Below are positions 33,063-43,284 of a stretch of 64,000 nt of DNA, piece after piece. The first letter of the stretch is position 1. Each line of letters opens with the position of its first letter. Under the pieces are notes generated by a model. It was not told where the DNA came from. It ran no database searches and saw only the letters and a list, made by a program, of their open reading frames with translations. Origin of the DNA: a virus; IMG/VR virus record IMGVR_UViG_3300043427_003273, positions 1 to 64,000 of that record. The stretch is one strand, 5' to 3'. The translations under genes were made by a program, and so were the position numbers.

Positions 33063-34772
33063 TTACCTTGGAATCGAAAACCCTTTAATCTTTTCAAATT
33101 TTATTACACTTTCAAATCTATCTTCCATACCAACTTTATGGGAGATTATAAAAATATTTGAATCTTTAACAATATACCTGATAATCTTAATGAATTCTTC
33201 CGTTCCATTCCCATCAAGAGAACTATCAAATACTTCATCCATGATTAGAAGGTTCGTATTTGTAGAGTTCTTAAACTTAGCAATTTCCCTCCAAGTAAAA
33301 AGAAGCGCTAAATCAATCCTCTGCCTTTCTCCTTCACTGAAAGATCCATAAGTAAAATCCTCATGAATGGGAGATTGAATTGTTTCATTAAACTCTTCAT
33401 CAAGAGAAAAATTAATATAGAAGTCCATCATTTGCAAGTATCTATTTACTTGCTGATTGATAAATGGTAAGTATTTTTTAATTATGGTTGTTTTTACACC
33501 AGAGTCTTTTAAAAGACCATAGCAAAAATCGTAGTATGAAATTGTTTTCTTCTTTTCGGACAATTCTTCAAAGACGTTATTTAATTTTTCTTTGAATTGA
33601 GCTAACTTCTCATGTTCAATATTCTCGTTTTCCAGGTTATTGGTAATTCTTTGAATTTCCTTTTCAAGATCTCCGATTCGTTTTTGGAATCCAGAGATTC
33701 TAAGATTATTTTGAGAAATTTCATGCGTTAGGTTAGTGACTTCTTTTGAAATTTTAAGAAAATGACTTTCTCTAATTTCTTCATCACGAATTGTCTGCTC
33801 AAGTTCTTCATAACCAGATTGCAGTTCTTTTGCCTTGTTTATGGCATCACTAATTCTATTTAATCTAAAAGATTCTTCTATATTTTGTGTGCAGGTAGGG
33901 CATACCGAATTATTACGGAAAAACTCATGCTCTTCAGTAATCGTTGCTACTTTTTGGGAGAGTTTCCCTTTGATCGAAGCAAGTTTTTTTAACTTATCTT
34001 TGGAACTAGATAAATCTTCCAGTTCTTTCGTGTATGAAAATATTTCTTCTTCGTACTTATTATTATATCCAAAGCAAACGTCCACTTGACTATTGATCAA
34101 ATTTATTTCTTTTTTGTTTTCTTTTATTTTAGTTTCACCTTCGTTTTGAATCTTTTGGATAAAATCTTCTTGCATTTCTACTTTATCCTTTAAAGAATCT
34201 TTTTTCAATTCCAAAGTTTTAACATCTTCTTTAATAGATTTAATTTTTTCCTTAACTAATGAATTCATAGTAGAAAAAACTTTAATATCCAAAAGATCTT
34301 CAATAACCTCTCTTCTACTTGAAGCATTCAATTGCATAAATGGAACAAAATTACTACTGCCAATAATCACAACTTGAGTGAATGTTTTGTAGTTCATTTT
34401 AAGAACTGTTTGCTCAAGCCATTTCTGCTGATCTGTAGACGAAGATTGTTGATCTAATTGAGTTCCGTTTCTTTCTATTACAAAAATGGAAGGTTTAATT
34501 CCTCTAATAATTTTCCAAGATACAGTTCCAATTTGAAATTCAATTTCAACAACACAGTCTTTTTCATTTGTAGAATTAATCAATTGAGATTTATTAATTC
34601 CACGAAATGATTTACCAAATAAAACAAAAGTAAGGGCATCCAAAAGAGTACTTTTTCCAGCACCATTTTGTCCAATTATAAGAGTTGTTTTATCTTTTAT
34701 CAGATCAATCTCAGTAAATTGATTTCCTGTACTGAGAAAATTCTTCCATTTAATTTTTTCAAATAAAATCAT
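33063..34772 (-). CDS. gp46: recombination endonuclease subunit, Rad50/SbcC-like (gp46)
   Basis: GQNGAGKS, CPTC zinc hook, FSEGE, DEVFD, SH. Confidence 0.96.
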   Translation of the reverse strand: MILFEKIKWKNFLSTGNQFTEIDLIKDKTTLIIGQNGAGKSTLLDALTFVLFGKSFRGINKSQLINSTNEKDCVVEIEFQIGTVSWKIIRGIKPSIFVIERNGTQLDQQSSSTDQQKWLEQTVLKMNYKTFTQVVIIGSSNFVPFMQLNASSRREVIEDLLDIKVFSTMNSLVKEKIKSIKEDVKTLELKKDSLKDKVEMQEDFIQKIQNEGETKIKENKKEINLINSQVDVCFGYNNKYEEEIFSYTKELEDLSSSKDKLKKLASIKGKLSQKVATITEEHEFFRNNSVCPTCTQNIEESFRLNRISDAINKAKELQSGYEELEQTIRDEEIRESHFLKISKEVTNLTHEISQNNLRISGFQKRIGDLEKEIQRITNNLENENIEHEKLAQFKEKLNNVFEELSEKKKTISYYDFCYGLLKDSGVKTTIIKKYLPFINQQVNRYLQMMDFYINFSLDEEFNETIQSPIHEDFTYGSFSEGERQRIDLALLFTWREIAKFKNSTNTNLLIMDEVFDSSLDGNGTEEFIKIIRYIVKDSNIFIISHKVGMEDRFESVIKFEKIKGFSIPR

Positions 34773-35034
34773 TATCTTCTTCTGGCGGAATTACAAAATC
34801 ATATTCAGTGAAAACGGAATATTCATATCCATGCTGTTTGCAAGCAGATATTATCGTATCATCATCAACTTCAATTACATTCATGGTAGGATATCCCCTT
34901 TGCTCTTCTAACATCATAGCAAATCTCATTGCATCATCTTCTTCTTCAAAAATGTATAGTACATGATCACCATCTTCATTAGATACAGAATAAGCTCCTG
35001 CCTCTTCTTTTCCATCAATAGTAATAATATACAT
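34759..35034 (-). CDS. acidic hypothetical protein
   Basis: LYIFEEEDDA.RFA.ML; lies between gp47 and gp46. Confidence 0.8.
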   Translation of the reverse strand: MYIITIDGKEEAGAYSVSNEDGDHVLYIFEEEDDAMRFAMMLEEQRGYPTMNVIEVDDDTIISACKQHGYEYSVFTEYDFVIPPEEDNDFI

Positions 35035-35035
35035 C

Positions 35036-36076
35036 TTAAACCATTTCGCAGGATTCCTGATAGAGATCTTTTATAATATTTTTAAGTATTGATTTGTCCA
35101 TATTAGTTTCAGATTCCTGAATATATCTATCTAAAATACAAATTGTATTTTCCGATTCGATCTCTTCAAATTCTTCTGAAATATCAAATTCAAAATTTTC
35201 TATTATTTTAACTTCAGATACATTTGAAGAATATAATTTATCTAAAAATTTTTCAAAATTAAGTTGATTGGATTTAGTTTTAACAACTACTTTAACAATT
35301 TTATTTTCATAATTTGAAAAATTAAATCCTTCAATTGGAGTATCCTCGTAATTAACGATTTCAAAAATATTATAAGGATTATCTACATGAACATGTTCAA
35401 GGGTTTCTGTATCTAAAATAGTAAATCCCCTTGTATCATTTACATCTGTCCAATAAATTTCATAAGGATTTCCCAAATAATAAATTCTTCCATCAGTAGA
35501 TCTAGTGTGATAGTGTCCCGAATAAACACGTTTAAACTTTTCAAATAGTTTGCTTTCTAAACCATGCTCCATGATGATTTGTCGATTAACTCTAAATCCT
35601 GCAAATTCAAGGTGGCCCATCACACATTTACATGTGGTCTTTTTAATATGATCTAAAGTTTTTTTCTCATTTTCTTCATTAATCCAAGGCAACAATAAAA
35701 CTTTAAGATTTTCAAGTTTAATTTCTGTCGGATCGGAATAAATTTTAACGTTTGAGTATTCTCTCAAAAGTAGATCAACTGCATTAACTTGATTTGTATT
35801 TTTATAATAAGCAGTATGATTTCCAACGATAGTATGAACTTGAATGCCCATTTCACTGAGTCGATCATAATAGTGATTTTTTGCCCAGGAAAGTGCAGAG
35901 AAATCTATTCCCTTTCGACTATCAAAAGTATCACCCATATCAACTACAGTAGTGATACTTTCTTCTTCCAATTTGGGGAAAAAAATATTATTATAAAAAT
36001 TTAAAAAATGATCATGAAATAATTTGGAATTTTTTCTTGCTCCAAAATGTTGATCAGTAATAATTGCTACTTTCAT
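35036..36076 (-). CDS. gp47: recombination endonuclease subunit, Mre11/SbcD-like (gp47)
   Basis: TDQHFG, GDTFD, GNH, GHLE, SGHYH. Confidence 0.96.
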   Translation of the reverse strand: MKVAIITDQHFGARKNSKLFHDHFLNFYNNIFFPKLEEESITTVVDMGDTFDSRKGIDFSALSWAKNHYYDRLSEMGIQVHTIVGNHTAYYKNTNQVNAVDLLLREYSNVKIYSDPTEIKLENLKVLLLPWINEENEKKTLDHIKKTTCKCVMGHLEFAGFRVNRQIIMEHGLESKLFEKFKRVYSGHYHTRSTDGRIYYLGNPYEIYWTDVNDTRGFTILDTETLEHVHVDNPYNIFEIVNYEDTPIEGFNFSNYENKIVKVVVKTKSNQLNFEKFLDKLYSSNVSEVKIIENFEFDISEEFEEIESENTICILDRYIQESETNMDKSILKNIIKDLYQESCEMV

Positions 36077-36580
36077 TCAGTTGCGAAGTTTGGAGTGAAC
36101 AGAGTCTTTGATCGAATTATAGTCGCTGTAGTTAACTCCGTCAATACTTGAGTCGTCATGAAACACTTCATCATATCCAGTGCGTTCAAGAATTTTATTT
36201 TTAATCTCTAACTGACGTTTTTCTCTTTGAATTCTTCTCAAAAATGCATAGTGAATAATCTGAGTAAAATATGCAAATGGATTTGTTGATTTTTCTGGAT
36301 TAAAATTGTGAATATATTGGACACAATTTTCAATGCCGTCAGAAATCATATCATCCTTAAAGATATAATTGACAAAATTGGGTTTAAAGGATAAATGAGT
36401 TGCGATCTTTAAAAAACACTCGCCAATATAATTTGTTATCTGTGGTTTTGGATCTCCCCTTTCCTCTGCTTCAACAATTCGTCTTTTATACTCCACTAAA
36501 GCTTCCAGAAAATCTTTATTATTTACATAATGTATAGATTTTTTTCTTTTGTTAGTCATTGAATCTACAGAAATTACCAT
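36077..36580 (-). CDS. gp55: late sigma factor (gp55)
   Basis: HYVNNKDF, DMISDGIENC, NPFAYFTQI. Confidence 0.96.
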   Translation of the reverse strand: MVISVDSMTNKRKKSIHYVNNKDFLEALVEYKRRIVEAEERGDPKPQITNYIGECFLKIATHLSFKPNFVNYIFKDDMISDGIENCVQYIHNFNPEKSTNPFAYFTQIIHYAFLRRIQREKRQLEIKNKILERTGYDEVFHDDSSIDGVNYSDYNSIKDSVHSKLRN

Positions 36581-36606
36581 AAAAATATTTGATATAATAT
36601 GTAGAC

Positions 36607-36635
36607 ATTATAACATTTTATAGTCAATTACACAA
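36607..36635 (-). promoter_or_regulatory. putative gp55 promoter
   Basis: TTGTGT-N17-TATAAT, with TG upstream of the -10. Confidence 0.55.
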
Positions 36636-36639
36636 CAAC

Positions 36640-36669
36640 TTGACAAGACCCCCAAAAAATGTCTATAAT
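36640..36669 (+). promoter_or_regulatory. putative antisense sigma70 promoter
   Basis: TTGACA-N18-TATAAT on the plus strand. Confidence 0.5.
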
Positions 36670-36709
36670 GGGTTTGTCACCTTTTGAGATAATTATATTC
36701 TATTAATAC

Positions 36710-37099
36710 TTAGTATTTTTTATATATTTTTTCCAATAAAACTTTAGCATCATTTATGTTACTGATATAACCCATCTTTCTAGTAACATTAATCTTATTA
36801 TTTTTTATATTATTAAAACTTTTAACAAAAGATTGATGTATTTTTATAATTTCAATATCATTTGTTTCAGATATTGTAATTACCTTTTCCATGTTTAAGA
36901 TGAACATGTCTTCTTTTGTTGTTTTTATCCATGGTTCAACTTTATATCCAGTCATTCCATTTCTAGATTTTACTTCGGTAAGAGTAATTGGATTTGTAAT
37001 TAATAAATTAATACTGCCATTTTCTTCACATGGCATTACTCTTGCGAATATTTCTTCCCCACTAATTAATTTTATTGAAGCATAAAAATCATCTTCCAT
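36710..37099 (-). CDS. Sm-like domain protein (putative)
   Basis: YASIKLISGEEIF...NPI...PWI. Confidence 0.65.
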   Translation of the reverse strand: MEDDFYASIKLISGEEIFARVMPCEENGSINLLITNPITLTEVKSRNGMTGYKVEPWIKTTKEDMFILNMEKVITISETNDIEIIKIHQSFVKSFNNIKNNKINVTRKMGYISNINDAKVLLEKIYKKY

Positions 37100-37100
37100 G

Positions 37101-38567
37101 CTAACTTCCTCCGATATTAATTGGTATTATTTCATAGTTAAAATCTTCTTCGACGTAAATTTTAATTCTTTCTATAAAATGATTTAATGTATAATTTTTT
37201 CTTGAATTGTATGTAGTGTCATCTGCAATATCATACAGGGTTGCTTTATCTTTATTTTTACCCTTTCTTAAAACCCTTCCAATGCTTTGAAGATTTCTTA
37301 TTCTAGATTTACTAGGTGATGCAAAGATTATATTATGGAGTCTTTTTATAGAAATTCCAGTACTAAAAACTCCATAAGAAGCAACAATTATTGCATTATC
37401 TTCTTTTTCGGTAATTTGCCGTATTGCTTCTCTTTCTTCAGCATCAACTCCACCATGAACAAAGAAGACTTTTCTATTATCTTCTTTACGACTATTTATT
37501 AAATCAAATAATATCTGCCCATGAGTTTCTACTCTAGAAAATAATACAAGAGTATTTCCTTTTAAACTCAATGCAAGATTTCTTATAAATTTATTTCTTT
37601 TATCATTTGTGATAAGAAATTGAATTTCATCTTCATAAGTATCAAATTTTTGAGGTTTATGTTTAAGAAGTAAGCAATTAATGTCCAACTGAGATGCTCT
37701 TCCCTTTTCAATCATCTCAGATGTTCCAATAGTTTTATATTGTGGACCAAATAATCCACAAACAACCCATTCATGAGTATTACTTCCAGATAAAGTTCCA
37801 GTAAATCCAAATCTATATTTTGCATTATGGCACTTTTTCATAATATCAATTAAAGATTTAGATTTAGCAGTATGAGCTTCATCTACAATCACACAGTCAT
37901 AATTTTCAAAGAAACTCTTCGGTAAAGTATATAAAGATTGCCATGTAGAAAGAGTAACGGGCATATCTGTATGCTTTTCTCTGCCAGAATAAATTAAATG
38001 GCAATTATTTTCAGCATCCCATCCATAGTCACTGAAGTCATTAAACATTTGACGAACAAGTGATGTAGTTGGAAAAACAATAAGAATCTTTTTTCCCTTT
38101 GCGACATAATATCTTATGATTGAATAAATCATAAGAGATTTGCCCGATGCAGTTGGACTTAATATGAGTTTTCTATTGTATCTCAGGCACTCATAGACAC
38201 CGTTTATTTGATAGTCATATGGATCATGACTACAAATAGATTTCATGTACTCTGTAACCCCTTCTGGGCATATCTCCTCATTTACTTCAAAGGGAAGTCC
38301 ATAATACTTGTTTTCCTTAAAAGTATAATCATAATTATACGTTTTTAGTTTAGCAACAACTTTATCCAGAAGACCAGCATACACTTCTCCAGTATGCGTA
38401 CTTAATAATCTAATTTTTCCATCCCAATGTTTATTTCTCATATGTGGCATAAACTTTGCCCCTTCTACATCAAATGTAAAATGAGGTTCAAGTTCATACA
38501 AAACATGAGGTTCACATTCTAATTTAATGTAAACCTCATTCTTTTTAGTGATTGCCACATCAGTCAT
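37101..38567 (-). CDS. uvsW: UvsW DNA helicase
   Basis: SPTASGKS, DEAH, TGT, QSIGRVLR. Confidence 0.95.
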   Translation of the reverse strand: MTDVAITKKNEVYIKLECEPHVLYELEPHFTFDVEGAKFMPHMRNKHWDGKIRLLSTHTGEVYAGLLDKVVAKLKTYNYDYTFKENKYYGLPFEVNEEICPEGVTEYMKSICSHDPYDYQINGVYECLRYNRKLILSPTASGKSLMIYSIIRYYVAKGKKILIVFPTTSLVRQMFNDFSDYGWDAENNCHLIYSGREKHTDMPVTLSTWQSLYTLPKSFFENYDCVIVDEAHTAKSKSLIDIMKKCHNAKYRFGFTGTLSGSNTHEWVVCGLFGPQYKTIGTSEMIEKGRASQLDINCLLLKHKPQKFDTYEDEIQFLITNDKRNKFIRNLALSLKGNTLVLFSRVETHGQILFDLINSRKEDNRKVFFVHGGVDAEEREAIRQITEKEDNAIIVASYGVFSTGISIKRLHNIIFASPSKSRIRNLQSIGRVLRKGKNKDKATLYDIADDTTYNSRKNYTLNHFIERIKIYVEEDFNYEIIPINIGGS

Positions 38568-38600
38568 AAAGTATTGCTATAACTGATATATTTAGTTTTA

Positions 38601-39038
38601 TTACCCCAACCCACTCATAAATTTTTGATACTCGATTGCATTTTTAATTTGATAAGTGCGATTGTGAATTGTCTTAATTATGTCTTCAAGATAACGAAGC
38701 ATAATATCATAGTATTCTACTTTGAGTGAAACTTGAGCAAGTGTTTCATCCGCATCCAAATATTGCCGTAGAGTATCTTTGTCACGGATTTTTTTAGGGA
38801 ATGGATTCTCCACATACTCATCAGGATCTGCTTTTCCAGAATAATACTCATGGCGGTCTTTTCTCACACTTCTTTTTTTATTTTCTGCGTTTGTTCTGAG
38901 AATTGTTACTTTATTGTATAAATCAAAATATTTTGCATGTAACACTGGAATATTTAAAGATTCCGTGTGAAGATTATCTATATCTATTTTTGAATCTTTT
39001 TCCCACATCGATTGTATAATATCTAAGTCAATTGCCAC
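38601..39038 (-). CDS. uvsY: UvsY recombination mediator
   Basis: IP.LHAKY, YYSGKA, RTYQIKNAIE. Confidence 0.9.
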   Translation of the reverse strand: MAIDLDIIQSMWEKDSKIDIDNLHTESLNIPVLHAKYFDLYNKVTILRTNAENKKRSVRKDRHEYYSGKADPDEYVENPFPKKIRDKDTLRQYLDADETLAQVSLKVEYYDIMLRYLEDIIKTIHNRTYQIKNAIEYQKFMSGLG

Positions 39039-39044
39039 AATAAT

Positions 39045-39617
39045 TTAACTCCATCTTTTTGGTAAATGATTTCCTTTATCATCAGTAATATTATACATCA
39101 TATACTTAAAACTTACTGTAGATGTAAAATATTCCTCACTAGTATTTGTAGCATCAAATTGAAGTTCTGATAATCTATATGGAAACATTCTTCTAAAAAT
39201 AACTTGATAGTTTACATTCAAATTGCTGTTCAATATAAACAATGTTCCATCAGAATATAGATTCATTTCACCACCACTATTCACAGAATAATTATTAGGA
39301 TCTGTTTGATAGTCATATATTTGAGCTAAAGACTCTGGAAATCCAAGACCCCTCATCCAGTTTTGTATTTCCATATAGTTTTGAAGATCTTCATCTACAA
39401 TAAAATCCAACTCAAAATCTTCAAAAACCATATTGTCTCCAGGGACTGGAATTGGATTTGTCAGATATTGGGAATGATTTGCAACTCCTAAAGTTATTCC
39501 TGGAATTACTGCCTTATTTGCTAAAAATGATGTCTTGGGGGCACGACTTAAACTAAATCTAAAGCCAGTACTTGAAAGATAATTTCTATTTTCTAGTTGC
39601 CCTCTTCTAGTTGCCAT
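39045..39617 (-). CDS. gp3: tail completion/sheath stabilizer (gp3)
   Basis: IPGITLG, FIVDEDL.NY.EI.NW, FP..LS; synteny. Confidence 0.88.
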   Translation of the reverse strand: MATRRGQLENRNYLSSTGFRFSLSRAPKTSFLANKAVIPGITLGVANHSQYLTNPIPVPGDNMVFEDFELDFIVDEDLQNYMEIQNWMRGLGFPESLAQIYDYQTDPNNYSVNSGGEMNLYSDGTLFILNSNLNVNYQVIFRRMFPYRLSELQFDATNTSEEYFTSTVSFKYMMYNITDDKGNHLPKRWS

Positions 39618-39651
39618 TGATAATTTTTTTCTTTCTTATCAGACTATTTAT

Positions 39652-39738
39652 TTAAGAATAGGCATTTGCTAGTCCCCAATAAACAAATAATCCGATAGAT
39701 GCAAAAAGAATGATTGCATTAATAAGAACCCTTGTCAT
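39652..39738 (-). CDS. 28-aa single-TM microprotein (not in ORF track)
   Basis: MTRVLINAIILFASIGLFVYWGLANAYS, downstream of TATAAAT. Confidence 0.55.
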   Translation of the reverse strand: MTRVLINAIILFASIGLFVYWGLANAYS

Positions 39739-39775
39739 TATACGCATTTATACTCATTGGTATAATTTTATGTAT

Positions 39776-39804
39776 AAAAAAAGACCCCCCAAATGGGAGG
39801 TCTT
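39776..39804 (-). terminator. gp23 terminator
   Basis: AAGACCTCCC-ATTT-GGGGGGTCTT-T5. Confidence 0.85.
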
Positions 39805-39827
39805 GTATGAGAACCGTGACAATTAAA

Positions 39828-41270
39828 TCACATGAGGTTCTTAACTTGTACTCTTCTGTAGTAACGATTGCTGTTCGTTCTCATACGTCCCAGACCTTGA
39901 TCAGTACCCTCTGCGAATGGGTTTGCAACCATTCCATAACGGGTCTTAAATCCGATTTTTGGCTGGAAGGTATTCTCTCCAACTGCACGTACCATCTGCA
40001 GAGGTACGTATGGGCAATAGAAGAGTCCTGCGTCATAAGGTGAAGAACCCTTATAACCAACAACATAATACTGAGTTGCAGCATTATTTGCGGAATATGG
40101 GTCAATATAAACGCGGAATTTGCCCATCAGAACACCAGCAAAGGTGTTGCCAGTGTCATCAACGTTCAGGTTTGCGTTGAGTGCTGGGGTGTAGTCAAGT
40201 ACTCCTGCCATGGTCAGTGCCGAAGCAACGTCAGCAGAGCACATGATTACATTGCCCTTTCCTCTACGAGTTCTTTGTGCAATCTGGTTCGCATCTCTTT
40301 CGATTTGGAACAGAAGACCCTTGAACTTCTCAACTGACCAACGACCGTTGGAGTCAATATCAAGGTCAAATACACCTTGAGTTGAAACATTGAGAGTTGC
40401 GCCTTGCTCAGCAACCTTATAGATGGTTCTGATTACTTCACGGTTGATTTCAGCAAGAATCTCGGTTGAGAGAATGTTTGCTAATTCCGCTTCAGCATTC
40501 AGACCATGGATTGCCTTCAGGTCTTGTGCAAGCTCAAGGCTGTATTCTGCCTTCAGTGCTCTTGACTTGGCTTCAACAAGAATCTTCTCGATTGAGAATG
40601 CCATCTCGTTGAACTGATTTCCACCAGCAGCACCAAGTGCTTCTGATTCGTCAGTACGCATACCTTGTCCAACTTTGTAATCAAGTTGGCTTGCAGTTGC
40701 GGTTGGGTTCAGCAGACCTGGATTTGCTCCAGTTCCTTGTGCTGTAGTACCCATACCAACCACTGCACCTTCACCCTGAGTTCCAGTGACATCTGCTGCC
40801 CATGCATTGTCAGAGTTGAATTGATCTCCTTGTCCAGAGAATGCGGTATCTGGCTCGTTGAACAGTGCTTCTGTTCCCGACTGATCGTTGTAACGTGATC
40901 TCATTGCAAAGATCAGTCCAGTAGGGCCGTTCATTGGCTGAACACCAGCAAGATCATAGGCAACCAGATTAGGCATTGAACGTCTAATCAGTGAGATCAG
41001 AACTGGATCAAAACCTGCAACTGGGCCTGCTGGATTGGTATCTCCAGAGAAACCTGCACCGTATCCACCAGCACCAGTGTTAGTGTTTACAGTTGGGGTT
41101 TCGGTGAGAAGACCACCGTTTTGGAAAGCTGATTGCTCTCTTAAAAATTTTTCTTGATTTTCTAACAGGACTGCGGTTACTGCTCTTCTATGTGAATCCC
41201 TGATTGGATCGCATCCTTCGTGATTCAGAAGAGGTGCCCACTTTTCCTGCAGTGCTTCTGATTGAAACAT
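39828..41270 (-). CDS. gp23: major capsid protein (gp23)
   Basis: VQPMNGPTGLIFAMR, ELAQDLKAIHG, FQPKIGFKTRYG. Confidence 0.98.
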   Translation of the reverse strand: MFQSEALQEKWAPLLNHEGCDPIRDSHRRAVTAVLLENQEKFLREQSAFQNGGLLTETPTVNTNTGAGGYGAGFSGDTNPAGPVAGFDPVLISLIRRSMPNLVAYDLAGVQPMNGPTGLIFAMRSRYNDQSGTEALFNEPDTAFSGQGDQFNSDNAWAADVTGTQGEGAVVGMGTTAQGTGANPGLLNPTATASQLDYKVGQGMRTDESEALGAAGGNQFNEMAFSIEKILVEAKSRALKAEYSLELAQDLKAIHGLNAEAELANILSTEILAEINREVIRTIYKVAEQGATLNVSTQGVFDLDIDSNGRWSVEKFKGLLFQIERDANQIAQRTRRGKGNVIMCSADVASALTMAGVLDYTPALNANLNVDDTGNTFAGVLMGKFRVYIDPYSANNAATQYYVVGYKGSSPYDAGLFYCPYVPLQMVRAVGENTFQPKIGFKTRYGMVANPFAEGTDQGLGRMRTNSNRYYRRVQVKNLM

Positions 41271-41320
41271 TGCTTTTACCTTTTACTAAAGTGCGTTTTT
41301 TTGTTTGATTAATATTAAAT

Positions 41321-42577
41321 TCAGTTTTTTGCAACTGATGAAAGAGTTCTCAGATATGCTTCCATTGTTTGTGAATGGAATTCGGGGGTAGAATCTACTC
41401 CTTCTGAGAGTGTTTCAGATGTTGCTTTTGGAGATGCCGTCTTTGAAGGGAAATATGATTCCTTCAATGTCTCCAGTTTTTCACGATATTGTGATTCACT
41501 TTCAAACTCAACACTCTCGGCAAGTGAAGCGAGCTTTTCTTTCTGAGAAAGTGCAAGACCCTCAGTTACATTGTCAAAGATTCCTCCAGCAACCGACTCT
41601 GCGAGACGCTTGTTAAGGGAAACATTCTTCTCAATTTGCTCGTTGAGTTTTGTCTCCATGTCATCAAGTTTTTCTACCATACTCTCAAGTACATCATATT
41701 TCTCTTCAGGGATTTCTACATAATGTTCTTCAAAAAGACCCTTCATTCCTTGAATAAAGGATTCTGTCATTTCTGTTCTAAGTCCTTGCTCAACTGCAAG
41801 GGCATTTTCTTCTAACCATTCCTGAGCAACATACTCAAGATATGCATCAAGTCTTTCTTCAAGAATAGACTTGATTTCGGTGACTTCTTCTACAAGTCTC
41901 TCTTCGTATTGAGATTCAAGAGATTCACGAACTTCCGAAACTTTTGAACGAAGAGCTGCTTCAAAAATAATTTTTGCTTTCTCTTGGAACTCTTCGGAGA
42001 GTTCTTCACCTTCAAGAAGAGCATTGACATCTTCTTCGATATCAAACTCTTCTTTCTTTACCTCATCCTCATCCTGATCATCTTCGTCATCTTCTTTCTT
42101 GGACTTCTTCTTAGACTCTTTTGAATCTTCTTTTTCGTCCTCTTTTGAATCCTCTTCTTCTTCCTTCTCTGCCTCAACAATTACTTCATCATATTCGTCT
42201 TCCAGATCCTCTTCTTCTTTAACTGGTTTTGCCATTTTCTTCATGGACTCACCAGCACTACGAGAAACTGTAGAACCTCCTGTAGTTGCATAAGCAGGGG
42301 CCTTTTTCATTCCTTCTGCTGCCTTTGATCCTTTATTTACTACATCCTTAACTTGCTTTAAAGGAGCAGCTGCATCTCCAAGCTTTGCAGAATCATCATC
42401 TGATCTATAATTTTCTGGTGTTGGTCCACCAAGATCTGCCCAACTTGTTGTTTGACCATCTGGAATTCCAGTAGTCAATTTATGCATTGGTTCAGCTGCT
42501 TTTGAACCAGCATTGACAGCAGTTTTGGATTGTGTAGTGCCTACTTCCATTTCCTGTAAATTTTTACCACGGGACAT
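41321..42577 (-). CDS. gp22: prohead core scaffold (gp22)
   Basis: Acidic coiled coil, KIIFEAA, YLEYVAQEWLEEN; synteny. Confidence 0.93.
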   Translation of the reverse strand: MSRGKNLQEMEVGTTQSKTAVNAGSKAAEPMHKLTTGIPDGQTTSWADLGGPTPENYRSDDDSAKLGDAAAPLKQVKDVVNKGSKAAEGMKKAPAYATTGGSTVSRSAGESMKKMAKPVKEEEDLEDEYDEVIVEAEKEEEEDSKEDEKEDSKESKKKSKKEDDEDDQDEDEVKKEEFDIEEDVNALLEGEELSEEFQEKAKIIFEAALRSKVSEVRESLESQYEERLVEEVTEIKSILEERLDAYLEYVAQEWLEENALAVEQGLRTEMTESFIQGMKGLFEEHYVEIPEEKYDVLESMVEKLDDMETKLNEQIEKNVSLNKRLAESVAGGIFDNVTEGLALSQKEKLASLAESVEFESESQYREKLETLKESYFPSKTASPKATSETLSEGVDSTPEFHSQTMEAYLRTLSSVAKN

Positions 42578-42617
42578 TTGAACTCTCCGTTAAACTATAT
42601 TAGTAAATAACTATATT

Positions 42618-42625
42618 TATTTATA
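42618..42625 (-). promoter_or_regulatory. T4-type late promoter
   Basis: TATAAATA upstream of gp22. Confidence 0.8.
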
Positions 42626-42635
42626 AATTAATTAA

Positions 42636-43280
42636 TTACAACGAATTTAAAAACTCGTTGAAAAGATTAAGTTTATGCTCTTCCAGAGCACGTTGTTCTA
42701 CAAATCTTTCGACTCTATTTTTGAGAACATGTACTTTTTGTTCTAGAATTCCATTACTCCAGACCCACTCCACTCCTTCCATAATTCCATTTACAAAAGC
42801 ATCTGGGGCTGAAGGATCTGCAACAATATCTGCTGCAGTTGCTAACATAAAATCGTCATTAACGAGTTTTACGCCATTTTTTTCTATAAGAGAACCAACT
42901 CCCCTTGAAGAAACGCCAAGTTTTACACCTTCTCCAATTAAAGAAGATGCGATTTTTCCCATTGGAGTATCGAGGATTTTTGCTTTTCCTACAAAGTTAG
43001 TTCCATCTTCTTTCAAAGATGTAATCATGTGTGAAACTCTATCCAGGTTTACTGTTGGTCCATCTGGATGTCCAAGTTCTCCCAGAGCACGACCCTTTTG
43101 AATATAATTTTCATTGTATCTTTGTACTTCTCTTTGCAGAGTTTCCATTGGATACATACGACCATTACGATTTTTTATATTTGCTTGGAGAAAAGTCCCT
43201 TCAATATGAAGAGATTTTTTCCCACCTTTGCTTTCAGTAATAAAATTTACTGATTCTATTTCTTCTGTGATTAGTTTCAT
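42636..43280 (-). CDS. gp21: prohead protease (gp21)
   Basis: NRNGR.YP, GELGHP, GVSSRG.GS, DPSAPDA. Confidence 0.96.
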   Translation of the reverse strand: MKLITEEIESVNFITESKGGKKSLHIEGTFLQANIKNRNGRMYPMETLQREVQRYNENYIQKGRALGELGHPDGPTVNLDRVSHMITSLKEDGTNFVGKAKILDTPMGKIASSLIGEGVKLGVSSRGVGSLIEKNGVKLVNDDFMLATAADIVADPSAPDAFVNGIMEGVEWVWSNGILEQKVHVLKNRVERFVEQRALEEHKLNLFNEFLNSL

Positions 43281-43284
43281 GAGA

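Noticed and set aside
42040-42220. Low-complexity tct/tca repeats
   Set aside because: Encode the E/D/K-rich tract of the gp22 scaffold
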